Below are positions 40,401 through 47,675 of a DNA stretch of 64,000 bases, one piece after another. The stretch comes from an uncultured Gemmatimonadota bacterium (GTDB taxonomy: Bacteria; SM23-81; DAOVCL01). The translations under genes and the position numbers were made by a program. Numbering within the stretch: the first letter of the stretch is position 1; each line of letters opens with the position of its first letter. The notes under the pieces were generated by a model. It saw nothing but the letters and a program-made list of their open reading frames with translations, did not search any database and was not told where the DNA came from. The DNA is taken from NCBI GenBank assembly GCA_964626665.1, contig CAZVGK010000006.1, positions 1 through 64,000 of the forward strand, given 5' to 3'.

Positions 40401-40651
40401 ATTCCCTCTGGCTGGAGGATCATATTGGGTTCAACTTGGCAAAAGCCGTGACAGCCCGTTACCTTGATGACGACCTTGTCCTCTAAATTGCGTCTTTTGA
40501 TCTCTTCCTTAAATGCCTGCACAACCTTGTCAGATCCTCGTGCCAGGCCACAGGTGCCTGAGGATATGGTAATGCAAGGGATTTGAGGAATCCCCTTGAT
40601 AATGGCTTCCCTTAGTTCCTCAAGTTGTTCGGGAGACGCTATCCTCTTCAT
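37484..40651 (-). CDS. HydB/NuoF::GltD-like fusion flavoprotein
   Basis: NuoF motifs in the N-terminal half, then SPCQNACP, ICGRVC, GAGPAG, GGGNTAID, YRR and terminal EAKRCLRC. Confidence 0.9.
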   Translation of the reverse strand: MKRIASPEQLEELREAIIKGIPQIPCITISSGTCGLARGSDKVVQAFKEEIKRRNLEDKVVIKVTGCHGFCQVEPNMILQPEGIFYVHLKPEDAGEIITKTVLGKKVIERLLYTDPNTGEKFVHEKEIPFYRKQQRFILGNNPLVDPTKITDYIAVGGYEALAKALSKMNPEGIIEEVKKSGLRGRGGAGFPTGYKWDFCRRAKGDKRYIICNADEGDPGAYMDRSLLEGNPHSILEGMVIGAYAIGANEGIIYVRNEYPLAVKNVTIALEQARECGLLGKNILGSGFDFDIRISRGAGAFVCGEETALIASIEGKRGEPRQRPPFPAIKGLWGKPTNINNVETWANVPLIITKGADWYSSIGTEKSKGTKIFSLVGKINNTGLVEVPMGMSLGEIIFDIGGGIPEGKQFKAVQTGGPSGGCIPKDLLNLPVDYEKLAEAGSIMGSGGMVVMDEDTCMVDVAKYFLNFLQDESCGKCFSCREGIRRMLEIVTDITEGRGKIGDLELLEELAQVVKDTSQCGLGQTASNPVLSTLRYFRDEYEAHIKQRKCPAGVCRELFISPCQNACPAGMNVPGYVSLIGEGRFQEALELALDTNPFPSICGRVCDHPCMSKCRRNQIDEPVAIRMLKRFIGDYEQENLILPPGGTPKEKLPHKVGIVGAGPAGLSCAYFLARLGYQPTVFEALPVAGGMLAIAIPENRLPKRVVQQEIERIEAMGVEINLYTQVGKDVKLLELFDEGYQAFYVAVGMYGDRRMGIPGEELRGVVQGVDFLRDVNLKRRVKMGKRIVVVGGGNTAIDAARTALRLGAEEVTILYRRTRQEMPAFEEEIEQALQEGVRLEFLVAPTKIIERENRVNGVEVVRMRLGEFDSSGRRRPIPQPDKTYRMEVDTVIPAIGEFADIRELFTGLEVVTNKDGTIKTDKWGMTSILGVFSGGDVATGPATVIRAVAAGERGAVAIDQYLRPDRTRVYPWRVTKHVDTYYDLEAEPVPYGQVQGPTLSVDARKDNFKEVDLGYTAQMAMKEAKRCLRCDLEVDLEKFHQWEKSLKAIEEVKTW

Positions 40652-40654
40652 TTT

Positions 40655-41131
40655 TTACTCTCTTCCTAAGAGTGAAACGACCTTTTGGGTGCTCATTTGC
40701 CCATAATAGGTGCCGTCTTTGACCACAATTGGCCCAATGGCACAACATCCCAGGCAGTTGACGGTCTCCAGGGTATATTCTCTGTCTTGGGTTGTCTCTC
40801 CCGGTTTAATTTTCAGCTTTCTCTGCAGTTCATCCACGATCCGAGGACTACCTCTCACATGACAGGCAGTGCCAAGGCAGACGGTTATTAGGTGTTTCCC
40901 CCTCGGTTTGAGACTGAAGGACTTATAAAAAGTGACTACCCCATAAACATCAATCAGAGGAAGTTCCAACCCTTCGGCAACCCTACGGATAACCTCCCGG
41001 GGAAGCCAGTTATACAAGGCTTGAACATCTTGCAGAATGGGAATGAGAAATTCCTTTCTCCTGCCGTAGGAACTCAATACCGCATCAACTTGCTTGAGAT
41101 CAATTTCCATAGTAGGTTCTTTCTGAAGCAT
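40655..41131 (-). CDS. HydC/NuoE-like 2Fe-2S subunit
   Basis: VCLGTACHVRG and NCLGCCAIGP. Confidence 0.9.
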   Translation of the reverse strand: MLQKEPTMEIDLKQVDAVLSSYGRRKEFLIPILQDVQALYNWLPREVIRRVAEGLELPLIDVYGVVTFYKSFSLKPRGKHLITVCLGTACHVRGSPRIVDELQRKLKIKPGETTQDREYTLETVNCLGCCAIGPIVVKDGTYYGQMSTQKVVSLLGRE

Positions 41132-41133
41132 TT

Positions 41134-41541
41134 TTATCTCCCCCGAAAGAATACAGAGTAAGTGTTGTAAAACTCCTTTAGAGCCGTCTCGATCTTCTCA
41201 AACTCAATTAGGTGCTTTTTGCAGCCCCGACGGGTGCAAATTTCCACAACTCCGCCCCTGGCAAGCCACATAGGGGCCATAGGTGCGCCGCATTGCTCGC
41301 AGGTCCTGGTGGACTTAAGCTCGGCTTCACAGAAGGGGCAGAAAAACCTAACTACCGTCCCTTGAGAGATGGGATACTCTGTCTCAACCTCGTAGCTTCC
41401 ATAAAGGGCACTTAATCGAACCCATCCCCGCTTCCCATCAAACTCCGCGACAATTCCGACACTGGGGTGGCCATCTATCTTGTGTTCGTTATCCATCAAT
41501 GACTGTTTACAATGTGGACAAATAACTTTCAAAGGGATCAT
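41134..41541 (-). CDS. Cys-rich (zinc-ribbon-like) protein
   Basis: CPHC, CPFC, CEQC and CTRRGCKKH; 2 nt from the nuoE-like gene; GAGGAG RBS. Confidence 0.75.
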   Translation of the reverse strand: MIPLKVICPHCKQSLMDNEHKIDGHPSVGIVAEFDGKRGWVRLSALYGSYEVETEYPISQGTVVRFFCPFCEAELKSTRTCEQCGAPMAPMWLARGGVVEICTRRGCKKHLIEFEKIETALKEFYNTYSVFFRGR

Positions 41542-41574
41542 AAGTTATCTCCTCAAGATTTTGTGCTACTTTAA

Positions 41575-41778
41575 CATTTCGGAATTTTTAAGAAATTCTG
41601 AAATGTCGGGGGTTATTTGAAGTCCTGCACTTATGCATAAGTGCAGGATTCAATCATGACAGCGGAGCACCAGAGGGTCGGTGCTCCGCCAGCTCACACC
41701 GAAATTAAGTTAGCGACCGACGGAGCTACTATTGGGGACATTAAATAGCGCTTGTCCGAAAAGTACGTAGCTTCGTCT
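41575..41778. repeat. Multi-hairpin structured repeat, copy 2
   Basis: Same block order as 4548-4714, with different internal stems. Confidence 0.65.
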
Positions 41779-41783
41779 TTTGA

Positions 41784-41886
41784 TGTCATTGCGAGCGACT
41801 GTAAGGAGCGAAGCAATCTGTTTAATATCAGGAGATTGCTTCGGCCAGTTCCCTCACTTGCGCTCGGAACAAGCCTCGCAATGACA
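41784..41886. repeat. Palindromic repeat family A, full doublet
   Basis: TGTCATTGCGAG...GAAGCAATCT...GAGATTGCTTCG...CTCGCAATGACA; 41832-41886 matches the reverse complement of 63531-63585 with 2 mismatches. Confidence 0.8.
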
Positions 41887-41924
41887 CTATGCTGAAAGAA
41901 TAGACGCTTGTAGCTAAAGATGAA

Positions 41925-43205
41925 CTAAGCGTAAAGCCCTCGGCTCTCGGCAGCCTGGGTCACCCTTTGGATGCCGACGATGAATGCCGCCGTCCGCATT
42001 TTCACCTTATATTCTTTAGCGGTTGCCATAACGGCGTTGAAGGCATTGACCATCACTCTTTCCAAATCCTCGTTCACCCGCTCCTCCGTCCAGTAGTACC
42101 CCATCCGATTCTGTACCCACTCGAGATAGGAGACCGTCACCCCTCCTGCGTTGCAAAGAATATCCGGGATAATGTGAACTCCCTTCTTGTAGAGAATAGC
42201 ATCGGCCTCAGGAGTTGTGGGACCGTTGGCCCCTTCAGCAAGCGCTTTTGCCTTGATTCGATCTGCATTTTCCTCTGTAATCTGCTCCTCAAGGGCTGCA
42301 GGAATGAGAATATCCACATCCTCTTCCAAAAGCTTCATAGGGTTATCGTACTTCTTGACCTTACCCATTTTCTCGAAGCCTTTTAGCGTCTTGGTCAACG
42401 TTTTGTGGGTATACTCGATGGCTTCTTTCATCGGGATTCCTTCTTTACTGTAAAAACCACCGTCGATATCGGAAATGGCCACAATCCTGGCTCCCATTTC
42501 CTCCAGGATCTCTCCTGCGAAAGAACCGACGTTCCCAAAGCCCTGAATGGCAACCGTCGCTTCGCTTAAATCTATTCCTATATGTTTGGCCATCTCCCGC
42601 ACGCAAATTGCCAGCCCTCTTGAAGTGGCCTTCTTCCTTCCTTCAGACCCGCACATCTCCAGAGGCTTGCCAGTAATCACCGCTGGAAGGAACCTCTTGT
42701 GGTGCATCGAATAGGTGTCCATCATCCAGCCCATGATCTGGGAGGTCGTGTTCACATCCGGGGCGGGTATGTCCTGATCCGGCCCGAAGAGATCCGACAT
42801 CTCCGCCATATATCTCCGGGAGACACGCTCCAGCTCATGATTGGAAAGATTCCTCGGATCTACTATCACGCCTCCCTTCCCACCACCAAAAGGCACGCCT
42901 ACTACCGCACATTTGTAGGTCATCCAGAAGGCAAGTGCCTTCACTTCATCCACCGTTACATTCTGGTGAAATCGAATCCCACCCTTTGCCGGTCCACGGA
43001 TGACCGAGTGTTGAACTCGGTAGCCCTTGAAAATTTGGATAGAACCGTCGTCCATCCGAATCGGCAGATTTACCTCTGTCACCCTGCGGGGTTCCTTGAT
43101 CAAGGCAATCTGGTTCTCCGTGAGATGGAGTATTTTAGCTGCCTGATCAAACTGCAGCATTGCCATCTGGAAAGGGGTGAGCTTTTTGGTGATCTTCTCA
43201 GCCAT
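41925..43205 (-). CDS. gdhA: Glutamate dehydrogenase (ELFV family)
   Basis: GPAKGGIRF, MTYKCA, GGGKGG, DIPAPDVNT, QGFGNVG, EGANGP; start MAEK (43205) after GGAGGAGG. Confidence 0.93.
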   Translation of the reverse strand: MAEKITKKLTPFQMAMLQFDQAAKILHLTENQIALIKEPRRVTEVNLPIRMDDGSIQIFKGYRVQHSVIRGPAKGGIRFHQNVTVDEVKALAFWMTYKCAVVGVPFGGGKGGVIVDPRNLSNHELERVSRRYMAEMSDLFGPDQDIPAPDVNTTSQIMGWMMDTYSMHHKRFLPAVITGKPLEMCGSEGRKKATSRGLAICVREMAKHIGIDLSEATVAIQGFGNVGSFAGEILEEMGARIVAISDIDGGFYSKEGIPMKEAIEYTHKTLTKTLKGFEKMGKVKKYDNPMKLLEEDVDILIPAALEEQITEENADRIKAKALAEGANGPTTPEADAILYKKGVHIIPDILCNAGGVTVSYLEWVQNRMGYYWTEERVNEDLERVMVNAFNAVMATAKEYKVKMRTAAFIVGIQRVTQAAESRGLYA

Positions 43206-43252
43206 TTCGGCTACCTCCTCCGAAATTGAAGTTTGGCTAAAACTATAAAGCA

Positions 43253-43281
43253 AAAATAATATAGTGACTCATCACTGTCAA
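43253..43281 (-). promoter_or_regulatory. sigma70 promoter of gdhA
   Basis: TTGACA-17 nt-TATTTT. Confidence 0.6.
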
Positions 43282-43298
43282 GATTTATTTTTTTCGAT

Positions 43299-43316
43299 TT
43301 GGGAAAAATTTCACAA
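43299..43316. promoter_or_regulatory. Rex-like operator
   Basis: TTGGGAA-AAAT-TTCACAA, one mismatch to TTGTGAA-N4-TTCACAA. Confidence 0.6.
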
Positions 43317-43335
43317 GAACCCTGTCTTTTGTGGC

Positions 43336-43364
43336 TTGACAGAGGGGGAAAAGATTTGTAATTT
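43336..43364 (+). promoter_or_regulatory. sigma70 promoter of the MATE gene
   Basis: TTGACA-17 nt-TAATTT. Confidence 0.55.
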
Positions 43365-43515
43365 CTTAGAGGCAATTCCAGATCCAAAGGGACCTTTTCC
43401 ATGTTCTTTGTGGATGTTATCATCCACAAAAAGACTTTCTCCGTCAGGGCAGGAGCCCTGGCAGCACAGAGAGGAGATAATGAGTAGCCCACTTTATAAA
43501 AGATCTACCCCCTAA

Positions 43516-44862
43516 GTGACCAGGGCAAAAAGGGATTTGACCCAGGGGAGCATTCCCCGGAATCTCATAACCCTGGCCCTGCCTCTGATCGCCGCCAACC
43601 TCTTGCAGACCACCTTTAACATAGTGGATATGCTCTTCGTAGGAAGGTTAGGGCCCCAGGCCATTGCTGCCATCTCCTTAGCTGGGGTGCTGTTGATGTT
43701 CTTGATGACCATTGCCATTGGCCTGGCTACTGGAACTCAGGCGATGATCTCCCGTTTCATCGGTGCCCAAAGGCCAAAGGAGGCGGAGGCGGTAGCCATC
43801 CAATCCCTCCTTCTGGGCCTCTTCTCCTCATTTCTGCTCTCCATCGTTGGTTTTTTTCTCTCACCTCTTCTCCTTGAACTGGTAGGGGCTAAGGGTGAGG
43901 TTTTCGTTTTAGGTAATGGTTATCTGCGGATTATGTTCTCTGGCATCTACACGGTTTTCCTCCTTTTCCTGGTCAGTGCCATCTTCCAGGGGGTGGGGAA
44001 TACGGTTACCCCAATGAAGATTCTCATCTTTTCTACCATCTCCAATATAGTCTTGGATCCTCTCCTTATTTTTGGCCTATGGTATTTCCCCCGCTGGGGG
44101 GTGAATGGGGCCGCTATTGCTACCGTCACGGCCAGAGGCCTGGGTATGATTGTAGGCATATACCTCCTCTTTAAGGGTAGATTGGGTATTCACCTCCATC
44201 TGAGGAAGATTCAGATGGATCTGGGGATGATGTGGCGGATCATCCGGATTGGGCTGTTTGCCTCCATCCAGGCTATCTTAAGGAATATCTCTCTGATAGT
44301 TATTGCTCGCATTGTTGCTTCCTTTGGCACCTTTGCCATCGCTGCCTATGGTATAGGAATGAGAGTGAGGATGGTGGTGATGATGCCCGGTTTCGGTTTG
44401 GCGGCAGCCACCGCGGTTTTGGTGGGCCAGAACCTGGGGGCAAAGAATCCGCGGAGGGCAGAGAAGAGCGGACTTTTCTCCTGCCTCTATTATGGTCTCT
44501 TTATGATCCTTGCCGGTGGTCTCTTCTTCGGCTTCGCCCATCCCATTGTCTCTGCCTTCAATTCACAGCCCGATGTGGTCAGGATAGGCGGTAACTATTT
44601 GCATATCCTCACTTTGAGTTTTGTCTTTTTAGGGACTTCTATTGTCTTGAGCAGGGCGATGAATGGAGCGGGGGATACCATCTCACCGATGGTCATCACT
44701 GGCTTTACCCTTCTTATCCTGCGTATTCCCCTTTGTCTTCTTCTCTCCTATAGTCTGGAAACAACCGGCATCTGGGCAGGGCTGGCCCTCTCCGATCTGG
44801 CCAATGGACTGATCACCTTTGGCTGGTTTCAACAGGGCAGATGGAAGAGGAGGAAGGTGTAG
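43516..44862 (+). CDS. MATE-family efflux transporter
   Basis: DLTQGSI, VDMLFVGRLG, NIVLDPLLIFG, GAAIAT, VGQNLGA; about 12 TM helices. Confidence 0.92.
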   Translation: MTRAKRDLTQGSIPRNLITLALPLIAANLLQTTFNIVDMLFVGRLGPQAIAAISLAGVLLMFLMTIAIGLATGTQAMISRFIGAQRPKEAEAVAIQSLLLGLFSSFLLSIVGFFLSPLLLELVGAKGEVFVLGNGYLRIMFSGIYTVFLLFLVSAIFQGVGNTVTPMKILIFSTISNIVLDPLLIFGLWYFPRWGVNGAAIATVTARGLGMIVGIYLLFKGRLGIHLHLRKIQMDLGMMWRIIRIGLFASIQAILRNISLIVIARIVASFGTFAIAAYGIGMRVRMVVMMPGFGLAAATAVLVGQNLGAKNPRRAEKSGLFSCLYYGLFMILAGGLFFGFAHPIVSAFNSQPDVVRIGGNYLHILTLSFVFLGTSIVLSRAMNGAGDTISPMVITGFTLLILRIPLCLLLSYSLETTGIWAGLALSDLANGLITFGWFQQGRWKRRKV

Positions 44863-45082
44863 TTGCCACCTTAGAGGTTATGGCAACTTTTGCAGTATGG
44901 GGCTTAGTTCTTTCCCTTGGATGAAAAAGGTTTGGTTCTGGGGATCGATAGAATATTCACCCTCTCCTTAGTCCTCTCCCGTCAAGGGGGAGGAGGCTAT
45001 TTAGGATGTCCCGCTCTGTGCTACAAAAATCTTGCCAGATTGTGTTTCGGACAAGGTTTTTTAGGTTGTTTGCGCTTCCAAT

Positions 45083-45394
45083 TTCTACCGCACTTTAGTG
45101 CGGGTTAAGGGCCTTTAGGCCCCCGTGGGTTAAATCCAGAGAACGGGCTAAAGCCCTAAAGACGCCGACTAAAGTCGGGTAGAAAACTCTGTGTTGCTCC
45201 GTGTAAGTCCGTGGTAAGTTTTCTTCTTTTCTACCGCACTTTAGTGCGGGTTAAGGGCCTTTAGGCCCCCGTGGGTTAAATCCAGAGAACGGGCTAAAGC
45301 CCTAAAGACGCCGACTAAAGTCGGGTAGAAAACTCTGTGTTGCTCCGTGTAAGTCCGTGGTAAGTTTTCTTCTGTTCTACCGCACTTTAGTGCA
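45083..45394. repeat. 146-bp tandem composite palindromic repeat (2 units plus a partial third)
   Basis: Units start at 45083, 45229 and 45375 with TTCTACCGCACTTTAGTGC; near-identical. Confidence 0.9.
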
Positions 45395-45688
45395 GGTTAC
45401 TATGGAGTGTGGTAACTACTGTTGACGTATGCTGTGACAGGAGTCACAGCACTCCAAACGGGCTAAAGCCGGGTAGAACAGCCTCATATATCCCTTTGGC
45501 TGCCTCTTTTCCGTAAACATCTCCTCAAGCGATGGCTTCGCAGCACACCTCTCTTTTCTCATAATACAGCAAAAAGGGTGGCTTGCCCCTCTTGGTTTTG
45601 CATTCCGAGAGCCTTAGGGTAAATTGCAATTCCCAAACCCCTGGTCGAACCCAACTCTGCTACATATTTTAAGAAAAATCATTCTCTT

Positions 45689-45701
45689 TAATCCCTTGAT
45701 A
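45689..45701 (-). promoter_or_regulatory. IHF-like site
   Basis: TATCAAGGGATTA matches WATCAANNNNTTR, about 55 bp upstream of a -24/-12 element. Confidence 0.5.
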
Positions 45702-45754
45702 AGGAACGAATTATGATTTAAAGGGGGGAGTATTCCCTTTTAGGTATGATTGTA

Positions 45755-45770
45755 TGGCAAGGGGATTGCT
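45755..45770 (+). promoter_or_regulatory. sigma54 (-24/-12) promoter of the signalling cluster
   Basis: TGGCAAG-GGGA-TTGCT, one mismatch to TGGCACG-N4-TTGCW. Confidence 0.7.
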
Positions 45771-45831
45771 ATGTAACTTCTGCAGACAAATGGGAACAGT
45801 TAAGCAGAAAAGAGCAAAAGGAGGGCTACCG

Positions 45832-46002
45832 ATGCATGAGGTGATGAAGGCTGCCGAGGCAGCAGAATATCTCCGGTTTCATGTGAAAACCCTCTGCAGG
45901 CTAGCCAGGATGGGAAAGGTGCCCGCCTGCAAGGTGGGTAACGAATGGAGATTTGTCAAGGAAACCCTGGATCGTTGGCTACGAACCTGGGGCGACAGAT
46001 AA
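45832..46002 (+). CDS. Excisionase-like helix-turn-helix DNA-binding protein
   Basis: EAAEYLR..KTL..LA..GKVPA.KVGNEWRF; ATG 45832 after AGGAGG. Confidence 0.85.
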   Translation: MHEVMKAAEAAEYLRFHVKTLCRLARMGKVPACKVGNEWRFVKETLDRWLRTWGDR

Positions 46003-46024
46003 CCATAAAAACACCCGGAGGACA

Positions 46025-47674
46025 ATGGAAGATCTGGGCTCTCAGATAGAACAGTTGAGTAAGAGGGTGGAGAATATGGAGAGGATGGTGGAGGGGATTC
46101 ACCGGGTAAGCCTGGAGATGGTGGGGAGCTACAAGGTGAAGCTCACTATGGAGCTTGTTTTTGGTCTCTTGAGCGAGTTCTATGGTTGTGGGAAGGGGGT
46201 TCTTCTCTGGAGGAAAGGGGCTAATTTCGTTCCGGCAGGTGCTTGGGGGATGAGGGGGATGGATGATGAATGGCGGATAGAGGCAAAGAGATTTTTCCCT
46301 TACTTAAAGGGTGAGAGGGAGCCATTCCCCCTTTCCCGTCTACCTGCAGCCCTTTTGCCTCCTTCCTTGGATGGTTTGCATATCCTTCTTCCCCTGCGTG
46401 GGAAGAGGGGGCTTATGGGGATACTCCTTTTAGGCCCGGAGGGTGAAATAGCCTGGGAACCGACGGAGGAAAGGATTCTACAGGTATTAGCTAATTTCCT
46501 GGTTCTTTCCCTGCAGAAGGAGAGGCTCTACCTGAAGGCCACTAACCTCTCTAAGAGGTTCAAGGCGCAATTGGAGTTGGCCACCAGGGAGTTGCGGGCG
46601 CTCAACAAAGAGTTGAAGAAGAAGATATACAACCTCCACAACCTATTCCAGGTGAGCACTAACGTTTATGCCATATTTGACATTAATCATCTCTTCAATT
46701 CGCTACTTCTCACCATATTGGGTCAATTGGGGGCCAAAAGTGCCACCATTTTTCTGACGGCTGGGGATGGAGAAGGGAGGTTAATCCCCAAATTTTATAA
46801 GGGGATGAGAAGCGAGGAGATTTCCAACCTGGTTTTGAAAAGGAAGGGAGGGTTCCCTCGTTTCATCGCCGGGAAGGGGATACCTGTTCTGGCCTCCCAG
46901 ATCGATGAGTCCCTATCTAAGGAAAGGGAGTTTGCCCAGCTAAGAGAACTTGAACTTGAGCTCTTCGCCCCTCTCTTGGTATCGGGGGAACTGATGGGCA
47001 TACTGGCCTTAGGGGGAAGGATGAACGGAGAGCCCTATCACCCAGAGGATCTGGAGATGCTGGCCATTCTCACCAATATGGCGGGGGTGGCCATTGGAAA
47101 TGTGAAGGAGTATAAGAAGGTGGAGAAGCTTTCCTATACCGATGGGATGACCGATCTCCACAACTACCGGTATTTTTCTAACCGCTTAGAGGAGGAGATA
47201 ATTAGGGCAAAGAGGTATGATCGCCCTCTCTCCCTGATAATCTTGGATGTCGACTACTTTAAGAACTACAACGATAACTTAGGGCATCAACAGGGCGATC
47301 TGGCCCTGCGTGAGCTCTCCGAGATATTGAGGAAATCTGTGCGCAAGATCGATGTTGTCTCCAGATATGGGGGGGAGGAATTCTGTGTGATCATGCCTGA
47401 GGTGAAGAGTGCGGGCTGTAAGAAGTTTATGGAGAGGCTGCGGAAGAAGGTGGAAGATCATCATTTCCCGGGGGAGGAGGTGCAACCGCAGGGGCAAATC
47501 ACCATAAGTCTGGGCGGGGCAACTTTCCCCCAGGATGCAGCCGCTATGGACGAACTCATCTACAAGGCGGATTTCTCCCTCTATGAAGCTAAGAGGAAAG
47601 GCCGGAACTGCTCGGTTAGCTATGGGGGGTCACCCCCAACTCGGAAGATTATGCCAGCAATCCTGCGAGGTTGA
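46025..47674 (+). CDS. GAF-GAF-GGDEF diguanylate cyclase
   Basis: TDGMTDLHN, RxxD I-site (RKID) and GGEEF; start re-called at ATG 46025 after GGAGG. Confidence 0.9.
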   Translation: MEDLGSQIEQLSKRVENMERMVEGIHRVSLEMVGSYKVKLTMELVFGLLSEFYGCGKGVLLWRKGANFVPAGAWGMRGMDDEWRIEAKRFFPYLKGEREPFPLSRLPAALLPPSLDGLHILLPLRGKRGLMGILLLGPEGEIAWEPTEERILQVLANFLVLSLQKERLYLKATNLSKRFKAQLELATRELRALNKELKKKIYNLHNLFQVSTNVYAIFDINHLFNSLLLTILGQLGAKSATIFLTAGDGEGRLIPKFYKGMRSEEISNLVLKRKGGFPRFIAGKGIPVLASQIDESLSKEREFAQLRELELELFAPLLVSGELMGILALGGRMNGEPYHPEDLEMLAILTNMAGVAIGNVKEYKKVEKLSYTDGMTDLHNYRYFSNRLEEEIIRAKRYDRPLSLIILDVDYFKNYNDNLGHQQGDLALRELSEILRKSVRKIDVVSRYGGEEFCVIMPEVKSAGCKKFMERLRKKVEDHHFPGEEVQPQGQITISLGGATFPQDAAAMDELIYKADFSLYEAKRKGRNCSVSYGGSPPTRKIMPAILRG

Positions 47675-47675
47675 G

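Noticed and set aside
30380-40651. Respiratory complex I or [FeFe]-hydrogenase
   Set aside because: No membrane nuo subunits and no H-cluster motifs are present
45083-45394. CRISPR array
   Set aside because: Whole 146-bp units are duplicated with no unique spacers, and no cas genes are present
45832-46002. Prophage or ICE excisionase
   Set aside because: No integrase, att site or phage genes; the context indicates a regulator
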